DNA of 64,000 bases from Candidatus Marinacidobacterales bacterium (GCA_965219415.1 CBDCNP010000002.1:4256001-4320000), one strand, 5' to 3'. Counted from the first letter of the stretch, positions 43,163 through 54,396 are shown. The notes: a model not told the origin generated them from the sequence alone. A program made the numbers and translations.

Positions 43163-44485
43163 CGTATTGTGCCAAAACCCGATCGGCCGACTTTATCAAT
43201 ATTAAGCCGCGCCCGCGGGGCTTTGAACCGAACGCGGTGATTCGGGGCAGATCGAACTTCGATGCGGGACGTCCGTGCTCAGAACCCAGTGGAAACGATA
43301 TCCCGGTCCGCTTACGCTGCCTCTCGATAGTAATACCGGAGCGTTCCGCCGAGCCGCTCCCGACATTCGATGCGACCGTCGGACCGGCAGGATTCCCGCG
43401 ATGGCGTGATGAGTTCGTTATCAAGACCTTGGTGATTCCTCTCCAGATGATAATGGGCGACGAAAGCGCGAATACTCGCGCGGAGGTGATTCTCTCCCAG
43501 AGGTATCATGCGGCTAAGGCACTCACTCTTGATGGATCTAACAAAACGTTCGGCGTAGGCGTTCAGATCCGGGCTTCTCGCCGGCAGCTTCACCGTCTCC
43601 ACATCGACGCCACGAAGTGTCGCGCGGAATGATGCTGAGAACAACGGGTCGCGGTCATGGATGAGAAAGCGAGTGTCTCGAAGAAAGCCATCAATCGCGT
43701 CCGTCAGGTTTCGCGCTATTTGCGTCATCCAGTCGTCGTAGGGCTGATTAGTGATGCCTGCGATCTCGACGCGGCGCGTCTTGAGGTCGATAACGAAGAG
43801 CACGAAGTAGCGAATCAGCCCGCTGCTGGTTAGCACCTCAACCGTGAAGAAATCGGTCGCCGCGATGGCTCCCCAATGAGCTTTCAAAAACGTACCCCAT
43901 GGGATTCGCTTGCGGCGCTCCGGTGCAGACTCGATTCCGTGCTCCGCGAGGATGCGCTTCACCGTGTTTCGGCCGACGTCGTGGCCCAGGTTAACGAAGA
44001 GCGCCGCAAATCCTTGTATAGCCCCAGGTTGAATTTTGGGTTGCCATCCTGACGACGAGCTCGCGTATCGTTTCTGCCACGCGAGGCGGTCCCGGACCGC
44101 GGCGCTTGCTCCCGTCGTACTTCTTCGCGATCAGCCGTGTGTACCAGCGCAACAGTGTGTCGGGCGTGACCAGGCCTGCAACCTCCTTCAGCCCATCCCT
44201 GCCCAACGCTCTCGCTTTCGCCGCAAGACGCCGCCGCTGCTCATCGGTGAAACGCAGTCGGCGTCCACCCAATTGTTCCCGGAGAACGCGATTCTCTTCC
44301 TTCAGGTATTCGATCGCATCCTGTTGGAACCGGTTGACCCAGCCGGCGAGGGTCACGACGAGCAACTGCCAAAGGTGAGGCTGCATGGACCGGATTCTAC
44401 CGGCTCTCGGTGCTGGCATCGCCGCGGCCCACAAGGGCCTACTAATACTCGATATCCGGAGTCGGCCGAGTTTTGGCACAGTACG
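43163..44485 (-). mobile_element. Complete rve element with A-type TIRs; transposase (about 43312-44386) frameshifted near 43992
   Basis: CGTATTGTGCCAAAAC / GTTTTGGCACAGTACG; two ORF halves homologous to 31-1101. Confidence 0.9.
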
Positions 44486-44501
44486 CGGGCCGATCATCAC
44501 C

Positions 44502-44660
44502 TGTGCCTTCTATTTATTCATCCGGGCGCCCCGAACTTGATTAGTCTCCGGTCTGTCGGCACCATACCTGCTTGATTTCGTCGTTTGTTCGTGCTCTCAT
44601 CTCCGCCTTCAAGGCTCATCGCGAGCTGGCTCTCGACGAGCCTTGAAGGCAGAGATGAGA
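44502..44660 (+). mobile_element. B-end with start of an rve gene
   Basis: Matches 55989-56125 and the reverse complement of 32840-32971. Confidence 0.8.
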
Positions 44661-44681
44661 GAGCGAACAAACTACAAAATC

Positions 44682-45467
44682 ATGATGAATCGAGATGCTT
44701 GGGACCCGGAACAATATGGACGCTTTCGACGCGAGCGAAAACAACCCTTCTTCGATCTATTGGCTCTTGTTCGTCCCAAATCCAGAATGCGCATCGTGGA
44801 CCTGGGATGCGGTCCGGGGGAGTTGACGGACGAGCTACACCGACGGCTGAGCGCTCACGAAGCGCTTGGGATCGATATCTCGGAGGCCATGCTTCGAGAA
44901 GCCGATGGTCGGGAAGGCGAGGGGCTAAGTTTTCGACAACAGGACATAGCCGATTTCGCCGATTCGTCCGAAGGGGCTGCCTATGACTTGGTCTTCTCGA
45001 ACGCCGCCCTGCAATGGGTTCCCGATCACCGAGAACTGATTTCGAGGCTCACCGAAGCGCTGGCCGAGGACGGGCAGCTTGCGATACAGGTGCCCGCAAA
45101 CTTCGACCACGTCTCTCACGAGACCGCCAGTGAGATTGCGGGGGGAATCGCCCTTCCGGGAAGCACTCGGGGGCTTCACTCATCCGCTATTCGTTCTTCA
45201 GCCGGAGGCCTATGCGTCTCTTCTCGACGAACTCCGCTACCGAGAGCAGCACGTCAGGCTTCAGGTCTACTCCCACCGGCTCGGATCGAGAGAAGAGGTG
45301 GTGGAGTGCTCAAGGGCTCGCTACTTACACTCTACGAAAGCCGGCTGACCGGTGAGCTATTCGAGCGTTTTATCGCGAGCTACCGTGATCGGTTGCTGCC
45401 CCGGTTGCGCGATGGGCGGCCGTTCTTCTTTACTTTCAAGCGTATCTTGATCTGGGCGGCACGCTGA
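44682..45467 (+). pseudogene. Trans-aconitate-methyltransferase-like SAM methyltransferase, frameshifted
   Basis: WDPEQY..R..PF.DLL, DLGCGPG, SNAALQWVPDH; middle part lies in another frame (about 45145-45310). Confidence 0.8.
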
Positions 45468-45493
45468 ACAGAACCCGTCGCGTCCGAAAATTC

Positions 45494-45816
45494 GGTGCTT
45501 CCGCCATCAAGTGTTGCTACGCGGCTGCGGGCAGTGGTACAGGTGCGGAAGAGACCGGGTTGCGCGCCCTACGGTGCTTCCGCCATCAAGTGTTGCTACG
45601 CCGTGTTTGAATGCTAATGTCAGCTGGCCTGCCTGTGTCGGCGAACGCCATTAATGAGGATGTCGGCGTGCACACGAAGGTGTCCCTGAATGTCAGGCAC
45701 CGTGTGGTCAGCCCAGCCCGCATCGCCGAAAGAACTGCGTCTCCCGAAATCAGGCTCAAACTCTAGCACACGAGCGGGTTACGCGGCAGCCACCAACACT
45801 TGATTGCGGAAGCACC
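45494..45816. mobile_element. IS1-like end stub (45494-45572) + 244-bp MITE G2 (45573-45816)
   Basis: GGTGCTTCCGC TIRs; second G2 copy at 60949-61194. Confidence 0.85.
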
Positions 45817-46370
45817 ACGCAACGATTGACCGTGTGTTCAAAGAATACGAGCAGTATCTGCGGGACTGGCCGTCCGTCGTTAATCGGCACAGGCGGAGCT
45901 TGAAGCTGACATTCGTGCTGGACAACGCGGGCACAGCACCAGCCGATAGCGTGCATGTACGGTTCTGGACAGAAGCCGATGGCGTATGGCTGGAGGAACT
46001 GCCCGACGTGCCGCAACTGCCCGCGATGCCCAAGAGGCGCGGCCCGTTCGACCTGGGCTTTGACTTTCGGGCGCCGCTGTACAACGCAACCCATCTGCCC
46101 CAGCTCGACCGCGACATGGAAGGCCCCACCATTACGGACGACGAACCGAAGCAGGTCAAGTTCTGGATGAAACGCGTGATGCATCATTTACCGGTGAAAC
46201 TGCCAGCGGTGCATTTTCAGTTCCGCGCGGATGAGAGTGTCAAGTCATTCGGCATTAACTATCAGTTGGTCGCGGCGAACATCCGGAAACCTAAGACGAA
46301 CGTTCTCCACGTGAAGCTGTCAATGGCCGCGCCCATGGCGCCGCCGCTGCCGGGCAGCGAAGCGGACTAG
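45817..46370 (+). pseudogene. Hypothetical protein, C-terminal fragment
   Basis: L.N.GTAPA..V.V beta-sandwich-like motif; 5' end cut by the MITE. Confidence 0.5.
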
Positions 46371-46419
46371 TAGGTAGGGTGTGCGCCGCAGCGGTCATTC
46401 CAACTGACGCATGACAAAA

Positions 46420-47132
46420 CAACTCCAGCGCTTCTTTCCATTCGGCCTCTTTCGATTGCACGAATATGGCGATCGCGCTCCTGCATGGCGGTGTTCGAAT
46501 TCTGACTGAGCGTAGCGTTTCGTTGCGGCGGAATCACCACGCGCGTCCTTCGTCCTGGGCTGTGCGCTTCGATGGCTTCGTAGACCGCTTCCTTGTCGTA
46601 TGCACTGTCCGCCACCACCGACGCTAGAGGTGCTTGAATCTGTGTTAGCAAAGGGGGGACTCGCGTTGCGTCGCGAGCTCGTGACGCCGTCAGTTCCGAC
46701 GCAACAATGTTGCCGGTCTTGCGATCAACGGCGATGTGCAACTTGCGCCAGGCGCGCTGCTTTGGCGGTTTGCGGGCGGTTCCAACATGAATCCTCAAGC
46801 CCGTGCTATCGAGCATTAGGTGGATTGATTGCTTGCTTGCGGCTTTCCCAATCCGCCGCTTCTTGCAGAGCAGCCTCGACCGCCGACACCACGTCGAGTA
46901 GTCCGGGAGCTCGATACACAGCCGGAGAAGCGAGGCGATCGAGTGCAAGAAACCCTCGGTTTGGCGGTAGGCAAGCTTGTACACCATCCGGACAACCAAG
47001 CCCGTTTCAATCGCCATCTCTGAATAGACCCGTTGACCGCCAGGCTTACCGCTCTTGTCGGCCTTCCAGTTCGCGATTGCCTCCTCGTCAAACCAGACCT
47101 TCAAATCGCCCCGGCGGCGCAGCCCTTCGTTG
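46420..47132 (-). mobile_element. IS5-family (IS903-like) transposase remnant
   Basis: LRRRGDL.VWF, LAYRQTEG, PDYST, DSTGL, WRKLH, ADSAYD. Confidence 0.9.
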
Positions 47133-47146
47133 GGTACTGTCAAGTT

Positions 47147-47360
47147 TTTCACGGCCTGACGGCCACCCCGAATGAATGAAACGCGGTAGTCTCTGTAGGT
47201 GGCACCGGCTCAGAGGTCGGCTCAACGTTGGTGCGACTGAGCCCGTTGTCAAGTTTGGCTGGGAGTCCTGCGCGTACCCCAAATGGCGTTTTCTATTCCA
47301 GCTGGGATAGTTGAGCGCGTCTATTAGATTACAAGTTCGTGGGCTCCACGCCGGTGCGAC
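47147..47360 (+). ncRNA. Putative IS110 bridge/seek RNA locus (also at about 35894-36107 and 36549-36762)
   Basis: About 215-bp conserved non-coding end upstream of the recombinase; contains matches to the target; RNA not directly shown. Confidence 0.6.
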
Positions 47361-48614
47361 GTGAAGGAGGCTGCGATGAGAGTGGTTCATAAGCGATGCG
47401 CCGGATTGGACGTCCACCAGAAATCGATTACGGCTTGCGTGCGGGTTGCGTTGAAGCGGAAGGTGGTACGCGAGACGCGTGTGTTCGGTACAGCCACGAG
47501 CGAATTGCTGGAAATGGCGGATTGGCTGGGGCAGAGCGGTTGCACGATTGTAGCGATGAAAGCGACCGGAGTGTATTGGAAGCCGGTGTGGCATGTGCTC
47601 GAAGGTCATTTCGAGTTGGTGTTGGCACAACCGGCCCACATCAAGAACATGCCGGGTCGTAAGAGCGATATCAGTGATGCCTTCTGGATAGCGGATTTGC
47701 TTGCCCATGGTCTCATTCGTGCTAGCTTCGTTCCGCCAACACCGATCCAGGAACTGCGAGAGCTGACCCGAACGCGAAAGCAGTTCGTTCGAGAAATCGC
47801 TCGGGAGACCCAACGGATTCAAAAGACGTTGGAAGATGCGAACATCAAATTGACGAGCGTGATGAGCAGCATTTTAGGAGTAAGCGGGCGAGCGATTATC
47901 CGAGGGATCATTGCGGGAGAAAGCGACCCTCACAAGCTGAGCGAGCTTGGCTCGAGCCGACTCAAAGCCACTGAACAGGAATTGAGCGCAGCGCTCGAGG
48001 GCCACGTTACCGACCATCATCGTTTCCTGTTGGGTTTTCATCTCCATCACATCGAGCAGCTTGAAGCCTCAGTGAGCGCGCTCGAGTCCCGTATCACAGA
48101 GAGCCTGCGCCCTTTTCGACCGGCCGTCGAGCTTCTGGTGACGATCCCGGGCATCAGTGAAGCCACGGCGGCCATTCTCGTCGCCGAGATCGGACCCGAT
48201 GTGTCGGCTTTCCCAACCGCCGGACACCTTCGCTCTTGGGCCGGTCTGTGCCCACGGCTTCATGAAAGTGCCGGTAAACGCTTTTCTCAGAAAACCCGCA
48301 AAGGCGCTCCATGGCTCAAGACCGCTCTTGTCCAAGCCGCTTGGGCGGCAAGCCGCAAGCGCGACAGCTATCTGCGTGCCCAGTTCTTCCGGCTTAAGTC
48401 TCGTCGCGGCCCCAAGAAAGCTGTGGTCGCCGTCGCCGCCTCCATCATCACTGCCGTCTACTACATGCTCCACAACGAGATTCCATACCGGGAACTGGGT
48501 GCCGATTACTTCCATCAACGCGACAAAGACCAGCTCACAAAACGAATGACACGACGCCTGAGGGAGCTCGGTTTTGACGTCACTCTCACACCTCTTGCCA
48601 ACGCTACACCCTGA
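47361..48614 (+). CDS. IS110-family recombinase, E->K at the DEDD Glu
   Basis: MKATG versus MEATG in copies 1 and 2. Confidence 0.9.
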   Translation: MKEAAMRVVHKRCAGLDVHQKSITACVRVALKRKVVRETRVFGTATSELLEMADWLGQSGCTIVAMKATGVYWKPVWHVLEGHFELVLAQPAHIKNMPGRKSDISDAFWIADLLAHGLIRASFVPPTPIQELRELTRTRKQFVREIARETQRIQKTLEDANIKLTSVMSSILGVSGRAIIRGIIAGESDPHKLSELGSSRLKATEQELSAALEGHVTDHHRFLLGFHLHHIEQLEASVSALESRITESLRPFRPAVELLVTIPGISEATAAILVAEIGPDVSAFPTAGHLRSWAGLCPRLHESAGKRFSQKTRKGAPWLKTALVQAAWAASRKRDSYLRAQFFRLKSRRGPKKAVVAVAASIITAVYYMLHNEIPYRELGADYFHQRDKDQLTKRMTRRLRELGFDVTLTPLANATP

Positions 48615-48943
48615 GTTTCTTATTAGTTGAGGCATTCAGCGCCGATCCGACCCCAAGATGGTATTGGTCAACAGCCCGACGATAGACCTTCACATGGCGG
48701 CTCTTGTCGAAGTCTCGACGGTCGACTGTGAAGCCCCTCAGAATGTTGATGCAATCGTCCATGTGCTGCATCAGGCCCTGGACCCACGAGATGATGGGCC
48801 GAGAAGCTATCGAGTACACGCGGGGCAAGGAAGTTGCGGATGCGCTAGACACCTTCCTAGCCGAGTACGACAAGACCACGACATCTAGTGAGCGGTCCAA
48901 CCAAGAGATATAGTAGCGTAAAATCGCATGATGGAGACGTTGC

Positions 48944-50197
48944 GTGCTTAGCCCGCTGCACGACTGGCTGCTTAAGTGGGGGATGAGCGAGGCGGGCGCC
49001 ACGCTGCTGACACAGCTTGGAGGCGTCCTGCTCGTCCTGTTCGTCGCCCTGATCGCCAACCGTATCACCAAGAGTGTCGTGGTTCGCGGTATCGCGCGGC
49101 TCGCGCGACGGACGAACTCGAGTTGGGACGACGTCGTGATGCAGCACCGCGTGTTACAACGGGTGTCACATCTCGCGCCGGCGCTGGTGATCTACCACTT
49201 CGCGACTCCGGTGCTCACCGGATACGACCAGCTGACAGCCGTCGTGCGGCAGGGGGCGCTCATCTCCATGATCGTCATCGCGGCGCTGGCGGCCGACAGC
49301 GTTGTGAACGTGGGGATCGAAATCGTCCGGGGTTCGCGGCTCCCGCGGGAGCTACCGGTGCGGAGCATCGCCCAGGTGCTCAAGCTGGTGGTGTACGCCG
49401 TAACGGCCATCAGCGTCCTGTCGCTCGTCCTCGGCCGCTCGCCGCTGCTGCTGTTGAGCGGCCTCGGCGCGATGAGTGCGGTGACTATGCTTATCTTCAA
49501 GGACGCCATTCTTGGCTTCGTCGCCGGCATCCAGCTGTCGGCGAACCGAATGGTCTCGCGGGGCGATTGGATCGAGATGCCGAAGCACGGCGCCGACGGC
49601 GACGTGCTCGATGTGGGATTGACGACAGTGAAGGTGCAGAACTGGGACAAGACGATCACCACGATTCCCACCTACGCGCTGATTGTGGAATCGTTCAAGA
49701 ACTGGCGCGGCATGGCGGAATCGGGTGGCCGGCGCATCAAGCGAGCCCTCTACATCGACGTCGGCTCCATTCGTTTCTGTGACGAGGAGATGCTGGCGCG
49801 CTTCTCGAAAATTCAGTACATCGCCGACTATCTGAAGGCCAAACGAGAGGAAATTGCAAGCTGGAACGCGGAGCGCGGGGTCGAACCGGCGAGCTTGGCC
49901 AACGGCCGCCATTTGACGAACGTCGGCACGTTTCGCGCCTATGTTGTCGCGTACCTTCGCCACCACCCGATGGTGTACCAGGACATGACGTTCCTAGTCC
50001 GGCAGCTGGCGCCGACCGAGCACGGGCTCCCGATCGAGGTCTACGTCTTCAGCCGCGATCAGGTCTGGAGCCGCTACGAGGCGATCCAGGCGGACATCTT
50101 CGACCACCTGCTAGCGGTGGTACCGGAGTTCGACCTGCGAGTGTTCCAGAGTCCGTCGGGGCGCGACGTGGAGCGGGCGATCGGCACCTGCTTATAA
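48944..50197 (+). CDS. MscS-family mechanosensitive channel (YbdG-like)
   Basis: GDWIEMP..ADG.V..TVKVQNWDKTI..GGRRIKR..LTNVGTFRAY. Confidence 0.9.
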   Translation: MLSPLHDWLLKWGMSEAGATLLTQLGGVLLVLFVALIANRITKSVVVRGIARLARRTNSSWDDVVMQHRVLQRVSHLAPALVIYHFATPVLTGYDQLTAVVRQGALISMIVIAALAADSVVNVGIEIVRGSRLPRELPVRSIAQVLKLVVYAVTAISVLSLVLGRSPLLLLSGLGAMSAVTMLIFKDAILGFVAGIQLSANRMVSRGDWIEMPKHGADGDVLDVGLTTVKVQNWDKTITTIPTYALIVESFKNWRGMAESGGRRIKRALYIDVGSIRFCDEEMLARFSKIQYIADYLKAKREEIASWNAERGVEPASLANGRHLTNVGTFRAYVVAYLRHHPMVYQDMTFLVRQLAPTEHGLPIEVYVFSRDQVWSRYEAIQADIFDHLLAVVPEFDLRVFQSPSGRDVERAIGTCL

Positions 50198-50210
50198 TAA
50201 GCGCGACGCC

Positions 50211-50684
50211 CGTCCGTGTCCGAAAACGCGAACGGAGCCGAAATCTCGAACCCTAGAGGCGTTCTCGAAATTCGCGGAGACCAGCCGACGCGGCACTGGC
50301 TCTGCGATAGGCGCGCCCGAGCAGAGCTCTCCTCCAGACCATCTGTTCCGTCCAACTGGTGCGCCCGAACTCCTATGCAGCGTCGCGGTGGTAGTAACGG
50401 AGCAAGCCCGCCCAATCACTTACGACTGTGAGCATGATAGTGGGGTAAGTTACAGCCAAAATAGCGCTCGTGACCTTCGCTGCGCGCTAAATGGAGCGTA
50501 AGCGCTTCTTTTGCAAAGGGATGCGTACACATCACCAACAGTAAACAGCGCAAGCACCAGTTTCGCCGTCTTCGGCCCGGAATTCAAGCGGAGCGTAAGT
50601 CCTTGATTTCGTGGGCGGAGCAGTTTTGACGATGCACAGGCAGTGACGCCCTGATATGCGCGATCTTCTTTTTTGCGGATCACA
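50211..50684. mobile_element. Stack of ends: D (50211), partial G1 MITE (50449-50558), C (50559-50638), F (50659-50684)
   Basis: Each matches other copies in the window. Confidence 0.8.
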
Positions 50685-50722
50685 GCACCGGCCCGAAAGG
50701 GCTGGCTTTTCTGCTTCCGGCC

Positions 50723-51463
50723 CTATGTTTTGGAGGTCAGGGACGCACGAATACCGGGGTAAGCGACTCGGCTGTGGGTGAGCCCGGCATCCAGGAGAAC
50801 CGCCAGTGTATGGATGGTGACGGCAAGCGGGTCGATGAGGGGCACTCTCAACTTCATGGCCTCTAGTTTCTTCCGGAGATCTCTGGCAAGAAACGCGAAC
50901 CCCGTGCAGCAAAGCACCAGCGTGTCAGCATTCGCTCCGCAGATCGCTCTCCGGGCCGCTTCGACCAGTAAAGCTGTGGTTCGTCCCGGATCGGCCCCTA
51001 TCTCATCGGGCGGAATACCAACTACTTCGCAGGACGCGAGCCGCGCGCCCAGCCCTACCTTCTCCGCCTGTTCCTCGAAATAACGCGCAGAGAACTCGCT
51101 GGTCACCAGGAGACTAAACCGTCGCCCCACCAAGGTGGCCACATGCATCGAGGTTTGGCCGGGCCCGAGCACCGGGATGGCAACATTCTCGCGCATCTCC
51201 CGCACGCCGGGATCGGCCATGCAGTTGACGACGATTCCTTCCACCCCTTCCCGCTCGGCCTTCACGGCATTCGTGATGAGCTGGGGTACAGAAAGGCTGA
51301 GCGTGGTGACGGATTCCGTTGTTTCGAGCTCCGGTTCCCCTTCTGGGTAGCCTACGCTGAGGGTCAAACCCTCGCCGCCATAGCGCTCGTTTACTTGGCG
51401 ATGCAGTTCCTCCGACCGATCTTTCTTTGGCACGAAGGCCCCAACTAGTCTGATGTGTTTCAT
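50723..51463 (-). CDS. Asp/Glu/hydantoin racemase family protein
   Basis: NCMADPGV, VLCCTGF, PLIDP. Confidence 0.9.
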   Translation of the reverse strand: MKHIRLVGAFVPKKDRSEELHRQVNERYGGEGLTLSVGYPEGEPELETTESVTTLSLSVPQLITNAVKAEREGVEGIVVNCMADPGVREMRENVAIPVLGPGQTSMHVATLVGRRFSLLVTSEFSARYFEEQAEKVGLGARLASCEVVGIPPDEIGADPGRTTALLVEAARRAICGANADTLVLCCTGFAFLARDLRKKLEAMKLRVPLIDPLAVTIHTLAVLLDAGLTHSRVAYPGIRASLTSKT

Positions 51464-51597
51464 TCGAGACTACCCAAAATGATACTACCACTCCCCGGGC
51501 CGGCGCAATCACTGCTTACGGTCGTCGAGCTTGCCCAGACGAGCCAAGCTGTTCGCAAGGTGGAGCCTGTGCTCCGCAAAAAGTCGATCCAGCGGTA

Positions 51598-51718
51598 CGC
51601 GATCTTCTTTTTTTAGGATCACAGCCCCGAATTCCCGAACTTCCAACATCGGGACACACAGACACTAAGCTGCTGATTGATGGTCTATTTCAAAAGAGCC
51701 GAATTTTGGCACAGGACG
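51598..51718. repeat. F-end (to 51623) and A-end (to 51718)
   Basis: GCGATCTTCTTTTTTTAGGATCACA; ..TTTTGGCACAGGACG. Confidence 0.8.
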
Positions 51719-51764
51719 CCCTCGACTACGATGCCCGAGACACGTAACGACACACTGACAGAGT

Positions 51765-52436
51765 TGAACAGGTCTGTCGCAGCGATAGCGCCCCAATGAG
51801 CCTTGATGAAGGTGCTCCACGACATGCTCTTGCCCCGCTCCGGGGCAGGCGCGATACCGTGGTCGGCGAGGATCCTCTTGATAGTGTTGCGTCCGAGTTC
51901 TCATGTCCTAGGTTCTTGAGTGCGCCTTGCAGGCGCGTATATCCCCACGTCGGGTTCTCCTGCGCCACGCGCACAATGAGCTCACGGATGTCCTTCGCCG
52001 TCGGAGGTCGGCCTGGGCTCCGGTTCTTGCTGCCATCGTACTTGGCTGCGATGAGGCAGCGGTACCAACGCAGAAGCGTAGCGGGTGTGGCAACGGACGC
52101 AATCTGGGCCAGCGCCTCCCGGCCCAAAGCCTGGGCCTTGACCGCGAGCCTGCGCCGCTCGTCGTCCGAGAGCCTGAGACGCTTGCCCCGAAGCCCGGCT
52201 CGGAGCACACGGTTCTCCTCTCGCAGGTAATCAATCACATCCTGCTGCTGGCGGTTGACCCAGCCAGCCAGAACGAGCAGTAGGAATTGCACGTGGTACG
52301 TCATGATGGCTCCGAAGATAACACCCTCGGGCCAGGCGATTGTGAAGCCCACGGCCCTTGGCCCGGTCGTAAAACACAGACTCTAAGCTGTTGATTTATG
52401 GCCTATTTCAAAAGGGCCGAGTTTTGGCACAGGACG
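51765..52436 (-). mobile_element. 5' half of the 356-aa transposase element with A-end
   Basis: Near-identical to 561-1230; frameshift near 51900. Confidence 0.9.
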
Positions 52437-52829
52437 GGATCCGATTGGATCGTCAAATTGATCGACGTCTATCCCGGCGATGCACCTGCCAGCACCTTCT
52501 GCGATATACCGATGGGCGGTTTCCAAATGCACCTCGCCGGGGAGATCATGCGGGGGCGGTTTCGAAACAGTCTCGAGGATCCGCAGCCGATGAAGCCTGG
52601 CGAAGTCACGCCGATTGTCATCGATCTTCGCGACCGCTATCACACCTTCAAGGCCGGGCACAGCATTATGGTCCACATTCAGAGCTCGTGGTTCCCGGCC
52701 TACGACCGGAACCCTCAAATTTACGTAGACATTTACCGGGCCCAACCGGAGGACTACCAATCCGCGACCCAGACGGTTTATCGCTCGGCCCAGTACCCCT
52801 CTCACCTCGTTTTAGGAGTGCTGCCTTAA
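52437..52829 (+). pseudogene. CocE/NonD hydrolase C-terminal (PepX_C) fragment
   Basis: DWIVKLIDVYP..RGRFR..HTFKAGH..IQSSWFP.YDRNP. Confidence 0.85.
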
Positions 52830-52834
52830 GGCAT

Positions 52835-54262
52835 TTACCTCCAACTGAGCGTGTCGAAACGTTCGCCGGCTTTCATGACTAGGTGAATCTTGTGCCACGC
52901 CCAGCGCTCTTCGAGCGGATTGGCCTGGAGTGATATCATGTCGGCGAGCTTGCCGGGCTCCAAGGTTCCGAGATCGTCACCTAAACCGATGTTTTGAGCG
53001 CCGACCGCGGTGCCGGCACGGATCGCATCCATCGGTGTGAAGCCGCCCTCGACCAAGAACTCGATGGCGTTTCCAATGCCGCCGACGTAGAGCGGGTCCA
53101 TCCCAAGACTAATAGGAACACCTGCCTCGAAGGCCGCCAGAACTTGGGTCTGTTGTGTCCGGATAGAAGGGGAGAAGTCGCGTCCCCGGCGGTTCTCGTC
53201 GAAGTCATCGTAGGGGCGATCTTCGGTCTCGACCTCCGGGTGAGCCTTTCGGTGCTCGAAATATTGTTTCTTTTCGAAATCGATCCAATCTCCCGGCCCG
53301 CGCGCACCGGTGTCCATGAACTCCCAAGTGGACTCGTCCGGTCGGAAGCCAACGTACACCAGCGGAGTGAAACAGACGGCGGTACCGCGCTCTAGCATCA
53401 TGTCGATAATCTCCGGGGTCATGGGCCGGGCATGCTCGATGGTATCGACGCCGGCTAGAATGGCGGTCTTCATCGAACGGCCCCATGTACCCGTCGCATG
53501 GGCCGCCACTTTCATGCCCAGACGGTGCGCCTCGTCGACGATCGCTACCATCTCGGGAAGGGTCACCGAGGACTCTTCGGGAGTTTGACCGTACAAACTC
53601 ACCTTGATCCATTCCGCCCCGTGATCGAAGTTCTGCCGGACCTTTTGTGTGGACTCCCAGTTGGGCAGGGGCACCAAGTGAAGCCCGCTGGGATCATCCA
53701 CCCACCGTCCAGATGTCGTCGGGCTCGTCGAACCGAGTAGGCCCACGCCGCTGATGAGAAGACGGGGGCCGGGGATGAGACCTTTCCGGATCCCTTCTCG
53801 CAGGTGTTGGTCGTTGTGATGAGCCTCTCCGGTCACTCTCATCGTCGTTACGCCGCTTAGAAGAGAAACACGCGCGTGCCGAACCATACGAATGGTTTGG
53901 ATTGCGTCGTGCTGCATCATCTGTTCCATCATTCCCGGATTTCCAAGCTTGGGCGTGCCGGAGTCCAGAGCGACTCCATAGCGGATGCTCAGATGGTTGT
54001 GTCCATCGATGAGGCCAGGCAAGAGCGTTTCGCCGGGAAGGTCGATCACGTTTGCGTCATCGGGAATCCGAACGGAAGACTGGGGACCAACCGCTTCAAT
54101 CCGATTCCCGCGAACGACGACCACTCCGTCGATGATGGGCGGCCCGCCGGTGCCATCGATGACGCGGCTGGCCTTGATGGCGATAGGAGATTGCTGCGCT
54201 CCCGTCGTGACTGACGAAGACAGGAACAAGACGAGAGTCAATAAACAACCTATAATTTTCAT
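52835..54262 (-). CDS. Secreted amidohydrolase
   Basis: Signal peptide; LPGLIDGHNH, AAHA, IEH, GKLAD. Confidence 0.9.
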   Translation of the reverse strand: MKIIGCLLTLVLFLSSSVTTGAQQSPIAIKASRVIDGTGGPPIIDGVVVVRGNRIEAVGPQSSVRIPDDANVIDLPGETLLPGLIDGHNHLSIRYGVALDSGTPKLGNPGMMEQMMQHDAIQTIRMVRHARVSLLSGVTTMRVTGEAHHNDQHLREGIRKGLIPGPRLLISGVGLLGSTSPTTSGRWVDDPSGLHLVPLPNWESTQKVRQNFDHGAEWIKVSLYGQTPEESSVTLPEMVAIVDEAHRLGMKVAAHATGTWGRSMKTAILAGVDTIEHARPMTPEIIDMMLERGTAVCFTPLVYVGFRPDESTWEFMDTGARGPGDWIDFEKKQYFEHRKAHPEVETEDRPYDDFDENRRGRDFSPSIRTQQTQVLAAFEAGVPISLGMDPLYVGGIGNAIEFLVEGGFTPMDAIRAGTAVGAQNIGLGDDLGTLEPGKLADMISLQANPLEERWAWHKIHLVMKAGERFDTLSWR

Positions 54263-54309
54263 GAATACACTCCAGGACGGGCTCAAACCCGCGAAGCGAA
54301 TAATAGACG

Positions 54310-54340
54310 AAAAGAAAGGCCCGGACGAGCCGGGCCCTTT
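54310..54340 (-). terminator. Putative intrinsic terminator
   Basis: GGCCCGG-5 nt loop-CCGGGCC hairpin followed by TTTCTTTT on the minus strand. Confidence 0.55.
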
Positions 54341-54396
54341 GCGCTTGAGCCTTTCTGCAAGCTAGGTTTGGCTGTAGCCCAAACGCCTCCACCACC

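Larger units (their letters stand above)
47133..48660 (+). mobile_element. IS110 copy 3 (47143-48628) inside an H-MITE TIR
   Basis: GGTACTGTCA-AGTT..IS..AGTT-GAGGCATTC. Confidence 0.85.

Noticed and set aside
43962-45310. Programmed frameshifts in the rve element or the Tam-like gene
   Set aside because: The homologue at 31-1101 is a single ORF and no slippery site is evident; more likely decay or sequencing indels
47219-47227. CTCAAC as the bottom-strand IS110 target guide
   Set aside because: It reads CTTAAC in the other two copies, so it is not conserved
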